In this document: positions 63,946 through 64,000 of the stretch, piece by piece | How positions within the stretch are numbered: the stretch's first letter is position 1 | Layout of the letters: every line of letters starts with the position of its first letter | DNA from: Bacteroidales bacterium | GTDB lineage: Bacteria > Bacteroidota > Bacteroidia > Bacteroidales > GCA-2711565 | DNA: 64,000 nt | Assembly: GCA_963664245.1 (NCBI GenBank) | Contig: OY760934.1 | Location: forward strand, 165,604 to 229,603 | Direction: 5' to 3' | Made by a program: the position numbers and the translations under genes | Notes under the pieces: model-generated | Seen by the model: the letters and a program-made list of their open reading frames with translations, nothing else | What the model was told of the DNA's origin: nothing | Database searches by the model: none

Positions 63946-64000
63946 ATGATTGATATAATAAATCGGATAATAGAACAACACGGGAAGTCGGTAGAGAAGG
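63946..64000 (+). CDS. Possible 5' end of a further cluster gene running off the window
   Basis: The ATG at 63946, 15 nt after the previous stop, opens MIDIINRIIEQHGKSVEK with no stop before the window edge. Only 18 codons are visible and the identity is unknown. Confidence 0.25.
   Translation, partial: MIDIINRIIEQHGKSVEK

Noticed and set aside
1-64000. CRISPR arrays, tRNA/rRNA genes, transposases, integrases, prophage or defence-system genes
   Set aside because: Reading both strands and all long ORFs revealed no regularly spaced direct repeats. I also saw no cloverleaf-like or rRNA-like sequence, and no recombinase, nuclease or ATPase combinations suggestive of mobile elements or known defence systems.

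Overview
The window looks like a chromosomal segment from a Bacteroidota genome. Supporting this are the bamD-rpoZ-coaBC-DUF4835-recN synteny, ECF sigma/FecR pairs, CarboxypepD_reg domains, TAnnTTTG-type -7 boxes and a T9SS-like C-terminal tail. I found no rRNA, tRNA, CRISPR array, transposase or integrase. About the first 52 kb is mostly housekeeping: argR plus a GNAT gene, threonine aldolase, coaBC, recN, rlmH, fabI, pabABC, pyruvate kinase, a fused 2-oxoacid dehydrogenase E1, PadR/PspC, MATE, Hsp20, a cold-shock protein and a FabK/NMO-like gene. Two ECF sigma modules, a TonB-dependent receptor and several secreted hypothetical proteins are interspersed. The standout is a tightly packed co-directional cluster at 52333-63930 that probably continues past the window edge. 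It encodes six paralogous PQQ-like (BamB-type) beta-propeller proteins with different export or anchor devices, a six-bladed NHL propeller with a CGCC motif, and a 66-aa Tat-like Cys4 micro-protein. It also encodes a Tat-signal poly-ferredoxin (NapG/MauM-like) and a polytopic CX3CP/4Fe-4S membrane protein (NapH/MauN-like). No recognisable catalytic subunit or cytochrome is visible. I read this as a candidate uncharacterised quinone-linked periplasmic redox system. Secondary observations are listed below:
- an ECF/FecR module whose STN-domain partner lacks a TonB barrel
- a 51-bp leader element shared by two adjacent genes
- an orphan domain resembling a contractile-injection-system tape-measure protein
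- an in-frame stop that splits a membrane protein gene
- a T20 homopolymer flanked by hairpins

All calls come from reading the ORF translations and the DNA by eye. No database search was run.
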